DNA of 64,000 nt. Origin: Candidatus Omnitrophota bacterium (GTDB lineage: Bacteria > Omnitrophota > Gorgyraeia > Gygaellales > Profunditerraquicolaceae). The stretch lies in NCBI GenBank assembly GCA_035402765.1, contig DAONDX010000003.1, positions 50,682-114,681 on the forward strand, read 5' to 3'. A program made the translations under genes and the position numbers. How positions within the stretch are numbered: the first letter of the stretch is position 1; each line of letters starts with the position of its first letter. The notes beneath the pieces were generated by a model. The model did no database searches. It saw nothing but the letters and a program-made list of their open reading frames with translations, and had not been told where the DNA came from. This document shows positions 7,907 through 17,206 of the stretch, one piece after another.

Positions 7907-8035
7907 TTAAATTCTTTCCCCTTTTGCGTAAAACCAAACGATGATCGCCAGGAGCAAAGAAATCAGTTTCAACCACGGGTGGGTAGAAATCAAACGGATA
8001 ATTGCCGAAAAAATATCATTCTGTTTTTTATTCAT
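7907..8035 (-). CDS. 42-aa membrane peptide resembling the N-terminal TM anchor of CdaR/YbbR
   Basis: MNKKQND...PWLKLISLLLAIIVWFYAKGERI; its ATG overlaps the end of cdaA, the position cdaR normally occupies. Confidence 0.6.
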   Translation of the reverse strand: MNKKQNDIFSAIIRLISTHPWLKLISLLLAIIVWFYAKGERI

Positions 8036-8792
8036 TTTCTGTTTTAAGTAATTCTTTGATTTTTGTTTCCAGCTGTGCGATTCCCAGATCTTTATAAAAT
8101 TTACCCCGGAAAATAATGGAGATATCATGCCTTTCTTCGGAGACTACGATCAGTACGGCATCCGTCTCTTCGCTTAAACCTAAAGCCGCCCGATGTCGTG
8201 TACCGAAAACCCGGCTTAATTCTTGATTAACCGCCAGAGGGAAAATACATCCGGCCGCAGCCATTCTCCCCCGGCAAATAATCAATCCGCCGTCATGCAA
8301 AGGATTATTGGGGGTAAAAATCGCTTCAATTAAATCCGCCGAAACCAGCGCGTCGATCGGCTCTCCGCTTTGAATATAAGCCACCAGAGAGTCGTTTTTT
8401 TCGATAGCGATCAAAGCTCCCAGTTTATTCTTGACTAAATTTTCACAACCCATCGAAATTTGCCGGCTGAGCAGTATAATATCCTCATCTTTAAGATTAT
8501 TTTTAAAGATTTGCCGTTTACCGATTTGGGTCAGCCCCATTCTTATTTCCGGATGGAAAATAATCAAAATTGCGATAACGGATATCCCGAAGAGTTTTTC
8601 GAATAACCAGCTGAGTACTCCAAAATCAAATTTTTTAAAAACTAGAAAAGCAAGCAAAAGCACAATTATACCGCGCAAAGCCTGCAGCGCCCGCGTGCCT
8701 TCAAAAAATAGCGCAATTTGATAAATAAGAAACCACAAAATCGCAATCTCCGTTGCCGGTTTCCAATATAGAACTAAATTATGAATTAACAT
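8028..8792 (-). CDS. dacA: Diadenylate cyclase CdaA
   Basis: Three N-terminal TM helices; IFHPEIR, PLHDGG and GTRHRAALGLSEETDA motifs. Confidence 0.95.
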   Translation of the reverse strand: MLIHNLVLYWKPATEIAILWFLIYQIALFFEGTRALQALRGIIVLLLAFLVFKKFDFGVLSWLFEKLFGISVIAILIIFHPEIRMGLTQIGKRQIFKNNLKDEDIILLSRQISMGCENLVKNKLGALIAIEKNDSLVAYIQSGEPIDALVSADLIEAIFTPNNPLHDGGLIICRGRMAAAGCIFPLAVNQELSRVFGTRHRAALGLSEETDAVLIVVSEERHDISIIFRGKFYKDLGIAQLETKIKELLKTENE

Positions 8793-9990
8793 TCTTCAGC
8801 ACGCTTTCGGTTATTTTTAAAGCCTGGCTTACTTCTTTTACGTCATGCACCCGCACAATGTTGGCGCCGCGCTCAACCGCCATTACACATGCAGCGATAG
8901 AACCGCTGGAGCGGTTTTCCGAATCAGACTTTAAAACTTTAGCAATAAAAGATTTTCGGGAAGGACCGATAAGTATCGGCTTGCCCAAGGGCTTAAATTC
9001 TTCCAAGTGTTTAATTATTTCCAGATTTTGCCCCGGATTCTTTCCAAAACCTAGACCCGGATCAACCATGATTTTTTCAGGCAAAATCCCTCCCGCTTGC
9101 GCAGCATCAATGGAGTTTCTTAAAAACCCGGTAATATCGTCGATTAATGATTCGTAAACAATATTTTTTTGCATATTTACGGGTTTTCCCAGCATATGCA
9201 TAATTACCACCGCCGCTTTAAAACGGGCAACCACTTTTATCATCCGGCTGTCTCTTAGCCCGGAAATATCGTTAATGATTTGCGCCCCGGCGTCTAAAAC
9301 GGCTTTAGCTACTTCAGGTTTATTCGTATCAACAGAAATAGGTACTTTAATTTTTTTTACTAAAAACTTTACTACCGGTTCAGTGCGTCGCAACTCTTCT
9401 TTAATACTCACGGATTTTGCGCCCGGGCGGCTGGACTGACCGCCTAAATCAATGAGATCGGCTCCATCTTTTACCAGGGCCTGAGCTTTTTTAAGAGCCA
9501 GATCTAAATAGTCGCGGTTAAACCGCTGATAAATACCATCGTGGCTGAATGAATCAGGGGTTAAATTTATAATCCCCATGATCTTGGCTCTTTGTCCGAG
9601 ATCTAAGCGGCCTTTTCTTAAAGCAAGGACAAAATCAGTTTGGGTAAATTTTTTGATACTTCCATCTAAATCCTCTGCCAATTTTTGCAGGCCGAACGGC
9701 TGGATTTTCAATTTACTAATCAGGGCATTAAACTGGGCCAGCTGTCCGATTAAAAGAATATCGGTTTTTTTAATACTACCGGTAAGCGATCCCCGGGCAA
9801 CCGCCGCATCTGCCCCCAAAGCCAGCATTTCCTGCTTAAGGATATTGGCCACTACATTATTCACAGCCTTTAACCGGATCAAAAAAGCCGAGGCCTTAGG
9901 CAGCATGATCTTGATCCCATAAGGATCAGCACCAATCTCGGACATGATTCTGCTTACGTCTTCAGAGCTGCTAAAACGGAAAATGCGCAT
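8779..9990 (-). CDS. folP: Dihydropteroate synthase with ~130-aa N-terminal extension
   Basis: IMGIINLTPDSFS, DLGGQSSRPG, INDISG, DPGLGFGK, SRKSF and RVHDV motifs. Confidence 0.94.
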   Translation of the reverse strand: MRIFRFSSSEDVSRIMSEIGADPYGIKIMLPKASAFLIRLKAVNNVVANILKQEMLALGADAAVARGSLTGSIKKTDILLIGQLAQFNALISKLKIQPFGLQKLAEDLDGSIKKFTQTDFVLALRKGRLDLGQRAKIMGIINLTPDSFSHDGIYQRFNRDYLDLALKKAQALVKDGADLIDLGGQSSRPGAKSVSIKEELRRTEPVVKFLVKKIKVPISVDTNKPEVAKAVLDAGAQIINDISGLRDSRMIKVVARFKAAVVIMHMLGKPVNMQKNIVYESLIDDITGFLRNSIDAAQAGGILPEKIMVDPGLGFGKNPGQNLEIIKHLEEFKPLGKPILIGPSRKSFIAKVLKSDSENRSSGSIAACVMAVERGANIVRVHDVKEVSQALKITESVLKNVNS

Positions 9991-9994
9991 TGAT

Positions 9995-11851
9995 CTAGAC
10001 TAAATCGGTTTTTTCAATTCCCAGTATTTTTTTTACCTCTTCACCGCTTAAAACTTCTTTTTCCAGCAGAGAATCCGAAAGTAATTTAAGTTTACTTTGG
10101 TTAGCTTTTAACAGCTCAAGCGCTTTATTATAAGCATCATCAGTTATTTGTTTTACCTCTTCATCAATGATATGCGCAGTCTGTTCGCTATAGTTTTTTT
10201 CTTCCATGATATCGCGGCCTAAAAATACTAATCCTTCCCTTCTGCCCAAAGTTAAGTTACCTAGCCGTTCAGACATGCCAAATTGAGTAACCATCCGCCT
10301 GGCCATGCCGGTGGCTACTTCCAAATCATTTTGCGCGCCCGTGGTCACTTCGCTTAAATTCAACTGTTCCGAAGCCCGGCCGCCCAGAATCATGGTAATC
10401 TCAGCTAATAATTCTTTTTTCGTCCAATAATGGCGATCTTCCAGAGGAGGGGTAAAAGTATAGCCGCCAGCCAAACCGCGGGGGATGATCGAAACCTTTT
10501 TCAAAGGATTAACTTCGGGTAACAGCAGCGAAAGCAAAGCGTGCCCGGATTCATGTAAAGAAGTAATTTCCTTTTCTTTCTTGGACATGATGTGGCTTTT
10601 CTTTTCCGGCCCCATTAAAACTCTTTCCACGGATTTATCTAAATCCACTTCTTCTACTGATTCCTTATTGTTACGGGCCGCCATTAACGCCGCCTCATTA
10701 CAAAGATTAGCCAGGTCTGCCCCGGAAAAGCCCGGAGTTTGGCTGGCTACAGATTTTAAGTTAACTGATGCGGATAGTTTTATCTTACGGGTATGCACCT
10801 TAAGTATCTCTTCACGTCCCTTAATATCCGGTAAGTTGATAATAATGGTGCGGTCAAATCTGCCCGGACGTAACAGCGCCGGGTCAAGCGTATCCGGACG
10901 ATTGGTAGCGGCGATCAAGATCAAGCCTTGCTGGCCGTCAAAACCATCCATTTCTACTAACAGCTGATTAAGGGTTTGTTCCCGCTCATCATTACCTCCG
11001 CCAATCCCGGAAAAACGTAAGCGTCCAACAGCATCAATTTCATCGATAAAAATTATTGCGCCTTTTCCCGAAACTATTCCGGCTTTACGCCCCTGATCAA
11101 ATAGATCTCTGACCCGGCTGGCCCCCACTCCCACAAACATCTCCACAAAGTTTGAGCCGGAGATGCTAAAAAAAGGCACATTTGCTTCCCCGGCAACTGC
11201 CCGGGCAATCAGGGTTTTACCGCATCCGGGCGGGCCGACTAAAAGCACGCCTTTAGGAATTTTACCTCCTAATTTCTGAAATTTTTTAGGATCTTTAAGA
11301 AATTCAATTACTTCCTTGAGTTCTTCTTTTGCTTCATCCACGCCGGCAACATCGTCAAAGGTAGCCTTTTCATTATTACTTTGAATTTTAGATTTAACTT
11401 TCCCAAAAGACATGATCCGGCTGCCTAATTGTTCTCCGCGGGCAGCCATCATCCACCAAAAAAAGATCAGCAGCAATATCGGACCGAGGTTAAAAAGCAG
11501 GGTCAGCCAAAAGGTGCGCGCCGGTTGGATCTCGAAATTCTTGAGATTTTGGCGCATCAGCGTCAACATTTCCGGGTCATTATCCGGAATATTCACGAAA
11601 AATTTGGAATTATCCGAAAAGTCCCCTTCCAATTTGTTTTCAACCTTGGTAACTTTGCTTATTTTTTCAGGGTTATTTTTTAAAGTTTGATAGAATTGAC
11701 TGTAAGTAATTTCTTTAGGCACTGCGCTCCCCGGCAGATTATTAAAAGAATTAGTTAATATGATCAGTAGAAAAAAAACCAACAACCAACCAAAAGGGAA
11801 ACGCTTCGTAATATTGGTTTTGTCGGATTTAGGTTTCTTTTGTGCGGCCAT
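9995..11851 (-). CDS. ftsH: ATP-dependent zinc metalloprotease FtsH
   Basis: Two TM helices; Walker [22 protein letters not shown] motif [10 protein letters not shown] and HESGH. Confidence 0.97.
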   Translation of the reverse strand: MAAQKKPKSDKTNITKRFPFGWLLVFFLLIILTNSFNNLPGSAVPKEITYSQFYQTLKNNPEKISKVTKVENKLEGDFSDNSKFFVNIPDNDPEMLTLMRQNLKNFEIQPARTFWLTLLFNLGPILLLIFFWWMMAARGEQLGSRIMSFGKVKSKIQSNNEKATFDDVAGVDEAKEELKEVIEFLKDPKKFQKLGGKIPKGVLLVGPPGCGKTLIARAVAGEANVPFFSISGSNFVEMFVGVGASRVRDLFDQGRKAGIVSGKGAIIFIDEIDAVGRLRFSGIGGGNDEREQTLNQLLVEMDGFDGQQGLILIAATNRPDTLDPALLRPGRFDRTIIINLPDIKGREEILKVHTRKIKLSASVNLKSVASQTPGFSGADLANLCNEAALMAARNNKESVEEVDLDKSVERVLMGPEKKSHIMSKKEKEITSLHESGHALLSLLLPEVNPLKKVSIIPRGLAGGYTFTPPLEDRHYWTKKELLAEITMILGGRASEQLNLSEVTTGAQNDLEVATGMARRMVTQFGMSERLGNLTLGRREGLVFLGRDIMEEKNYSEQTAHIIDEEVKQITDDAYNKALELLKANQSKLKLLSDSLLEKEVLSGEEVKKILGIEKTDLV

Positions 11852-11958
11852 TTAATTTCTCCGTGGTTTTTAAGAAAATCGCTTCAACAATTTTCATAAG
11901 TGAATTAAGATTAATTATTATATTCTGGAAAACATGTAAAATCAAGTATTTTATGGAT

Positions 11959-12921
11959 TTAGTGCTTTAAAAAACGCAATATATTGCGGGTTTTTTGCAC
12001 GTAGATTCCCTTGGGTAAGTCTACTATTGCCCCTTCGGGACGAAGGTAAATTAAATCTTCCAATTCCTTGATATGCTGAAAAGTTATCCTGCGCGTATCC
12101 CCCTGGAGGCAAGCTATGCTTTGACGCAATTTAAGACGCAGGATCGCCGGATGTAATTTTGAGATTTTTTTAAGCTGGAGCCGTAAAGGATTGCCTTTTA
12201 CGCAGCGCCTGGCAACTTGATCTAAGTATTCATAATCGTAAGAGACACTTTCCGCCAGATTAGCCAGTACCTTTAACATATTAACATTATACTTGCTCGA
12301 AAGCAAAGGAATCAGGTGGTGGCGGATTTTATTACGTAAAAAAATATCTTCTTGATTAGTAGAATCATTGCGGGCTTTTACTGCGCGTTTCTTTAAGTAT
12401 GCGTTTATTTCCCGGCGAGTTGTTTCAAGAAATGGCCGGATAAAAACCACGCCCCGGATAGTTCTTTTAGGAGAAATTCCGGATAAGCCGGACAAACCCG
12501 TTCCCCGCAATAAACGCATGAGCACCGTTTCGGCCTGGTCATTAAGATTATGCCCCAAAGCGACTTTATGGGCCCGGACTGTTTTTGCGGTTTTAATGAA
12601 AAATTTCAATCTTTCTTCCCGGAAGAATTCTTCTAAAGAACCCTTGGCTTTAATCTGCTGGACCGGCAGCTGTTTTATGGTTACGGGAAGCTTAAGTTTG
12701 CGTCCCCATTTTTTTACAAAAAGCGCATCCAATTTTGAATCTTTGCGTAAACCATGATCTACATGCACGATATGCAAAGTTAAACCCAGCTTAAACTTCA
12801 GGCTGTAAATCTTCAAAAGTAACGCCAATGAGTCCGGGCCGCCGGAAACCGCCACCAGGATTCTGTCGCCTTTTTTGATCAAAGAATAACTATTAATTGT
12901 CTTAATAAAATTATCGGGCAT
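11959..12921 (-). CDS. tilS: tRNA(Ile)-lysidine synthetase
   Basis: VAVSGGPDS PP-loop, HVDHGLR, GHNLNDQAETVL, DSTN and RNKIR motifs; adjacent to ftsH. Confidence 0.95.
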   Translation of the reverse strand: MPDNFIKTINSYSLIKKGDRILVAVSGGPDSLALLLKIYSLKFKLGLTLHIVHVDHGLRKDSKLDALFVKKWGRKLKLPVTIKQLPVQQIKAKGSLEEFFREERLKFFIKTAKTVRAHKVALGHNLNDQAETVLMRLLRGTGLSGLSGISPKRTIRGVVFIRPFLETTRREINAYLKKRAVKARNDSTNQEDIFLRNKIRHHLIPLLSSKYNVNMLKVLANLAESVSYDYEYLDQVARRCVKGNPLRLQLKKISKLHPAILRLKLRQSIACLQGDTRRITFQHIKELEDLIYLRPEGAIVDLPKGIYVQKTRNILRFLKH

Positions 12922-13038
12922 GGCTTATCTTACCATAAAATTACAGAATTTATAGTCCGAATTCTGCCGCAGGCTTAGGCTTATTTTTCTTAAACCACAT
13001 TCTCTTTGATTAAAATCATTGGTTTAGGCAATTTCGGG

Positions 13039-13067
13039 TTGACTTTATCCGTTGAAAAGTGTAAATT
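13039..13067 (+). promoter_or_regulatory. Putative sigma70 promoter of the flippase
   Basis: TTGACT-N17-TAAATT, ending 7 nt before the ATG at 13075. Confidence 0.5.
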
Positions 13068-13074
13068 AGTAAAA

Positions 13075-14346
13075 ATGACTGCTAAAATCATCACCCACAA
13101 AGAAAGAAGAATCGTTCTAGGCAATTTCATTTCTCTTACCACCCTCCAGGGCATCAGCTATATACTGCCGATAATCGTTCTGCCCTATCTTATCCGGGTA
13201 ATTGGAATGGAGAAATTCGGCTTGATCGCTTTTGCGCAAAGCTTAGTTCAATACTTTTTGATCCTCACTGACTACGGATTCAGCCTCTCAGCCACCCGAA
13301 GCATGTCTCTGATCGGAGAGCATAAGAAAAAAACCAGCGCCTTATTCTCATCGGTAATGACCGTAAAACTAATTTTTGCAGCGCTAAGCTTCCTGATTCT
13401 ATGCGCTCTCCTCTATTTCATCCCTAAATTCAGGGAAGAATGGCTGATTTATATCTTAAGTTTCGGTTCGGTGATCGGCAGCACTTTGTTTCCGGTGTGG
13501 TTTTTCCAAGGCAAAGAAAAAATGAGCTACATCGCCGTAGTTAATGTTGTAAGCGGCATAACTTACACCATACTTATCTTTTTCTATGTTACCGGTCCGG
13601 AGGATTACCTGCGCGTGCCGATGTTAGGCTCAATTTTATCTATTACCGGCGGCATACTCGGGCTATATATAGCTTTTAAAAAATTTAAACTGGAATTTAT
13701 CCTGCAAAAATATACCGACCTAAAAAGAGAACTTCGAACAGGCTGGGATATCTTTATTTCTATTTTAGCGGTTAACGCCTATACGACCAGCCGGATTTTT
13801 GCCGTAGGCTTGTTAACCAATAATATAATTACCGGATATTATTCGCTGGCTGAACAGATTGCTAACGTTATTCAAACTTTCCCCATGGATTCATTCACCC
13901 GGGCAGTCTTCCCCAGGTTAAGCAATGTTTTTGCCAGAAACCGGCAACGCGCCATAGCCATCATGTATCGTATCCAAGATGGCATCACTTTAGGGTTTGT
14001 GGTCTGCCTACCTATCGCCTACTTTCTAGCCCCCTGGGTCATCCGCATGCTTGCCGGAACAGCTTATCCAGAAGTTGTATTTACTTTGAGGCTCCTATTG
14101 GCCGCGGTATTTTTTGTAGGAGCCAATAATTTCAAAATCCAATTCCTGCTGGTCTGCGGCAAACAGGATCTTTATGCTAAAATTCATATTATCGCCGCGC
14201 TTATCGGGCTACCGCTTATATTTATATTAATACACCAATTTTCCTACATGGGGGCAGCACTGGCAACGGTACTGACTGAGGCAGGGGTATTTATTCTTAC
14301 TTCGCTTATCGTAGAAAAACTCGCCAAGAAAATTTCAAGGATTTAA
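13075..14346 (+). CDS. Wzx-type oligosaccharide flippase (MOP superfamily)
   Basis: About 12 TM segments; LPYLIRVIGMEKFG, DYGFSLSATR and PVWFFQGKEKM motifs. ATG 13075 preferred over TTG 13006. Confidence 0.85.
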   Translation: MTAKIITHKERRIVLGNFISLTTLQGISYILPIIVLPYLIRVIGMEKFGLIAFAQSLVQYFLILTDYGFSLSATRSMSLIGEHKKKTSALFSSVMTVKLIFAALSFLILCALLYFIPKFREEWLIYILSFGSVIGSTLFPVWFFQGKEKMSYIAVVNVVSGITYTILIFFYVTGPEDYLRVPMLGSILSITGGILGLYIAFKKFKLEFILQKYTDLKRELRTGWDIFISILAVNAYTTSRIFAVGLLTNNIITGYYSLAEQIANVIQTFPMDSFTRAVFPRLSNVFARNRQRAIAIMYRIQDGITLGFVVCLPIAYFLAPWVIRMLAGTAYPEVVFTLRLLLAAVFFVGANNFKIQFLLVCGKQDLYAKIHIIAALIGLPLIFILIHQFSYMGAALATVLTEAGVFILTSLIVEKLAKKISRI

Positions 14347-14715
14347 TTATTTTTTAATTTGATTTCCGATACAAAGGATTTCCTGGATACTCGCGTCATA
14401 ACCGATTATCGCTTTATTTGTCCATAAAACATGCACCCGCTCGCCATTACTGCGCATATTCTCGTTCTCATTTATGGAATACTCCTGAGGATTGCCGAGA
14501 ATTTTTTTGATCATCTTATCTAAATCTTCACCGGCGGAATTTGACTGAGGCACGATTGTACCGATTACGTTTTCCCCCAATATATCAGTATCCCGGTAGC
14601 CGAAGAATCTCTGGCCGAATTGGTTAAGAAAAATGATCCCTCCCCGGTTATTCATCAATAGGATAATACTATTGGCATTCTCGACTATTTCCTTGTATTT
14701 GCTATCGCTAATCAT
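14347..14715 (-). CDS. Stand-alone PAS-domain protein
   Basis: YKEIVENANSII, FLNQFGQRFFGY, ENENMRSNGERVHVLWTN; no output domain. Confidence 0.8.
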   Translation of the reverse strand: MISDSKYKEIVENANSIILLMNNRGGIIFLNQFGQRFFGYRDTDILGENVIGTIVPQSNSAGEDLDKMIKKILGNPQEYSINENENMRSNGERVHVLWTNKAIIGYDASIQEILCIGNQIKK

Positions 14716-14794
14716 TTTTCCTCAACAGTTGAAGGTTAAAAAAATAACCTCATTTTAAAATGAGGCGGTTTCCTAAAATAAGCGTCGGCGCAAG

Positions 14795-15175
14795 TCATAT
14801 TTTTTTCAACAAAAGCACGTATCCCACTCCCAAAGCGTTTAAACAAGCCAGCAAAACTACGCCGGCGGCAATATCTTTAATCAGTTTAATCTTAACCTGA
14901 TACTCCTGGCTGAGCGCATCCATCATTAATTCGATCGCGGTATTGAATATCTCCGCCATAAAAACCAACGTAATCGTAATGCAGACGGCTACCAGCTCAA
15001 TACCTTTTAACTTCAGATAAATACCTGACAAAAATACCAGTACCCCTGAAATAAAAATCAGGCGCATGTTGCGGTGATAAAGGAATAAATAGATTATCCC
15101 CTTAACCGCTAAATTTAAGCTATTCATAAAGCCCCGGGTTTTAAAAATGTTCCTGAATGTATTATTTTTTACCAT
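14795..15175 (-). CDS. dgkA: Diacylglycerol/undecaprenol kinase family (DgkA)
   Basis: AEIFNTAIE and KDIAAGVVL motifs; three TM helices. Confidence 0.88.
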   Translation of the reverse strand: MVKNNTFRNIFKTRGFMNSLNLAVKGIIYLFLYHRNMRLIFISGVLVFLSGIYLKLKGIELVAVCITITLVFMAEIFNTAIELMMDALSQEYQVKIKLIKDIAAGVVLLACLNALGVGYVLLLKKI

Positions 15176-15225
15176 AGTATTTTATTAAAACATCGGAGGC
15201 CAAAGCAGCAAATATTCTAAAAAAC

Positions 15226-15302
15226 TGGTGGCGGAGAGTGGATTTAAACCACCGACCAAGCGGGTATGAGCCGCGTGCTCTATCAGGCTGAGCTACTCCG
15301 CC
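15226..15302 (-). tRNA. tRNA-Met(CAT), elongator type
   Basis: GGCGGAG...CTCCGCC-ACCA; anticodon loop CTCATAC; atypical T-loop TTTAAAT. Confidence 0.88.
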
Positions 15303-15414
15303 AAATTTAAGTTTTCAAAGCTTCAATTTTTACTACACGCGGCTTGATTTTGGTATCAAGCCGCCAGATCGTTATCTTCTGCGGCGCAGTCCCTGAAGCC
15401 GCAGGCTTCAGGGG

Positions 15415-15449
15415 GAGCCGCGTGCTCTATCAGGCTGAGCTACTCCGCC
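15415..15449 (-). repeat. Exact copy of the 5' 35 nt of tRNA-Met
   Basis: Identical to 15268-15302; abuts the palindrome CCCTGAAGCC-GCA-GGCTTCAGGG (15391-15413). Confidence 0.9.
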
Positions 15450-15479
15450 AAAATCGTTTTTAGATGACCAAGGATATGG

Positions 15480-16268
15480 CTATTTCTTGCGATAAGCGTT
15501 TAAATAAGAATCGCAATAAATATTCTTATTTAAAAGCAATTCTGCGGTAATTAACGTATCCATTAACTCTTTATCTTTAGGATCAAGTATAGCAGAATCT
15601 AAGCCGGATGCAACTGCCATTGTTAAAAATGTGCGGTTGAGCAGATTACGCTCCTGAGCCCCTTGAGAAACATTGCTTAAGCCAATAATGGTTTGCGGCC
15701 CGGGAAGCGACATAAGCTTAAATTCATGAATTGATTCCAGGATATCCCGGATTTGGCCTTGGGCCACATTGACCGGCATCAGGATCGGATCAAGATATAG
15801 GTCTTGCGCAGGAAATCCTTTTTCGCTGGCATGCATAAGAATCGTGGCCGCCAATTCCAGGCGTTGATCCTTATTTTGCGGAATACCTTTGGCGCTAATC
15901 GTTATCCCGATCAACTTGCATTTATATTTTTTAGCTAACGGGACAAGTATCTCCAGTTTTTCCGGGTCAGCCGTAGTAGAATTAATGATCGTTCTATTTT
16001 TAGCAGCTTTTAATCCTTCGGCGATCGCTTCAGGCTTGCTGGAATCCAGGCAAAGCGGTTTGTCGGTAACCTCCTGGACTGTTTCGACCAACCAAGGCAT
16101 ATCAACTAAAGAATTTCGGGAAGCCGGCCCGCAGCAAAGGTCTAAAGCATCCGCGCCCCCTTTGATCTGCTCCAGCGCACAAATCTGAATGGTTTTTTTA
16201 TCACGCTCTTTTAACGCTTGAGCGATATTTGAATACATTCCGTTAATTAATTCACCGATCACAAACAT
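15480..16268 (-). CDS. acsE: Methyltetrahydrofolate:corrinoid/Fe-S protein methyltransferase
   Basis: Pterin-binding barrel: VIGELING, LCLDSS, IINST, DP, GLSNVSQG and GLDSAILDP; acs cluster context. Confidence 0.9.
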   Translation of the reverse strand: MFVIGELINGMYSNIAQALKERDKKTIQICALEQIKGGADALDLCCGPASRNSLVDMPWLVETVQEVTDKPLCLDSSKPEAIAEGLKAAKNRTIINSTTADPEKLEILVPLAKKYKCKLIGITISAKGIPQNKDQRLELAATILMHASEKGFPAQDLYLDPILMPVNVAQGQIRDILESIHEFKLMSLPGPQTIIGLSNVSQGAQERNLLNRTFLTMAVASGLDSAILDPKDKELMDTLITAELLLNKNIYCDSYLNAYRKK

Positions 16269-16270
16269 TT

Positions 16271-17206
16271 TTACCTCTTAAATAGCGCCTCTATGTAATT
16301 AGCCACATTTAAAGCGGCTTGCGGATGGCGCATAACTAAAAGATCAGCTCCGGATTGAATAAGACTGGTAGCCGTAAGCGTTTCCCAAATCACTCCTTGC
16401 TGCAAATCAGCTTTTGCCTCTTTGGCCCTCCAGGCCTCCTGGCCCACAAGACAAATAAACGGGGAAGATAGAGTTTTATCCCCGGATAAAGCCGCCAGCC
16501 TGGCTCTTTCCATAATTGAGTAAGCATATTCTAAACCATACCCCAATGCGCCGATCGTGGGATTAATTACAATTCGCTCCAGAGGCAACCCCATATCAGA
16601 AATTAAAATATTGAGTTGTTTAGCGATATTTATATCAATCGGGCTTTCGGCAATCAGACTATGTCCGTCAGCTAGAACGCTGGCGACTAAAGTTTTATAA
16701 TTATCCTGGACTGCGGAACCGATAAGACAGCGTTCTCCGCGGGCAGCTTCCGAGCAAGCCGGCAGAATCAAGTTATCCTTGTCATCCTCACCGCTGCCCA
16801 TAATTATCAAAGGCACGCTGATCTTGCTTAAAAATTTAGAAATAAACTTCGCGGCATCCTGGGGGCTCTTATTCCCGAAATCAGGATGCGTTCCCTGCAT
16901 TTTTAAACAAAGCATCCCAGCTTTAAATTGGTTAATACAGATATCCGCCCAGGTAAAGGGATCATTTATAGCTTTGCCATATGCCTTTATCAATCCCTCG
17001 TCGAAATCTAGCGGCGCAATATCCCAAATTTCAAAAGCAATTTTAGGCTTATAGGGAATGGTGCCTTCCCGGAATAATAACGGCATGACATTTTGCCCGC
17101 CGATTTTAACGGTCGAACTGCGCGAACCACCCTCTGCTTGTTTAGCTCCGATAGTTACGGTTGAAACTTCTTGAGGCCATTTCTCCAATACTAATGGTGC
17201 ATCCAT
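16271..17206 (-). CDS. acsD: Corrinoid Fe-S protein small subunit (delta)
   Basis: ESPIDINIAKQLN, GALGYGLEYAYSIMERARLAAL and LLVMRHP motifs. Confidence 0.94.
   Translation of the reverse strand: MDAPLVLEKWPQEVSTVTIGAKQAEGGSRSSTVKIGGQNVMPLLFREGTIPYKPKIAFEIWDIAPLDFDEGLIKAYGKAINDPFTWADICINQFKAGMLCLKMQGTHPDFGNKSPQDAAKFISKFLSKISVPLIIMGSGEDDKDNLILPACSEAARGERCLIGSAVQDNYKTLVASVLADGHSLIAESPIDINIAKQLNILISDMGLPLERIVINPTIGALGYGLEYAYSIMERARLAALSGDKTLSSPFICLVGQEAWRAKEAKADLQQGVIWETLTATSLIQSGADLLVMRHPQAALNVANYIEALFKR

Noticed and set aside
14748-14765. Palindrome CCTCATTTTAAAATGAGG between dgkA and the PAS gene
   Set aside because: Single copy; cannot distinguish a terminator from an operator, and there is no further support.
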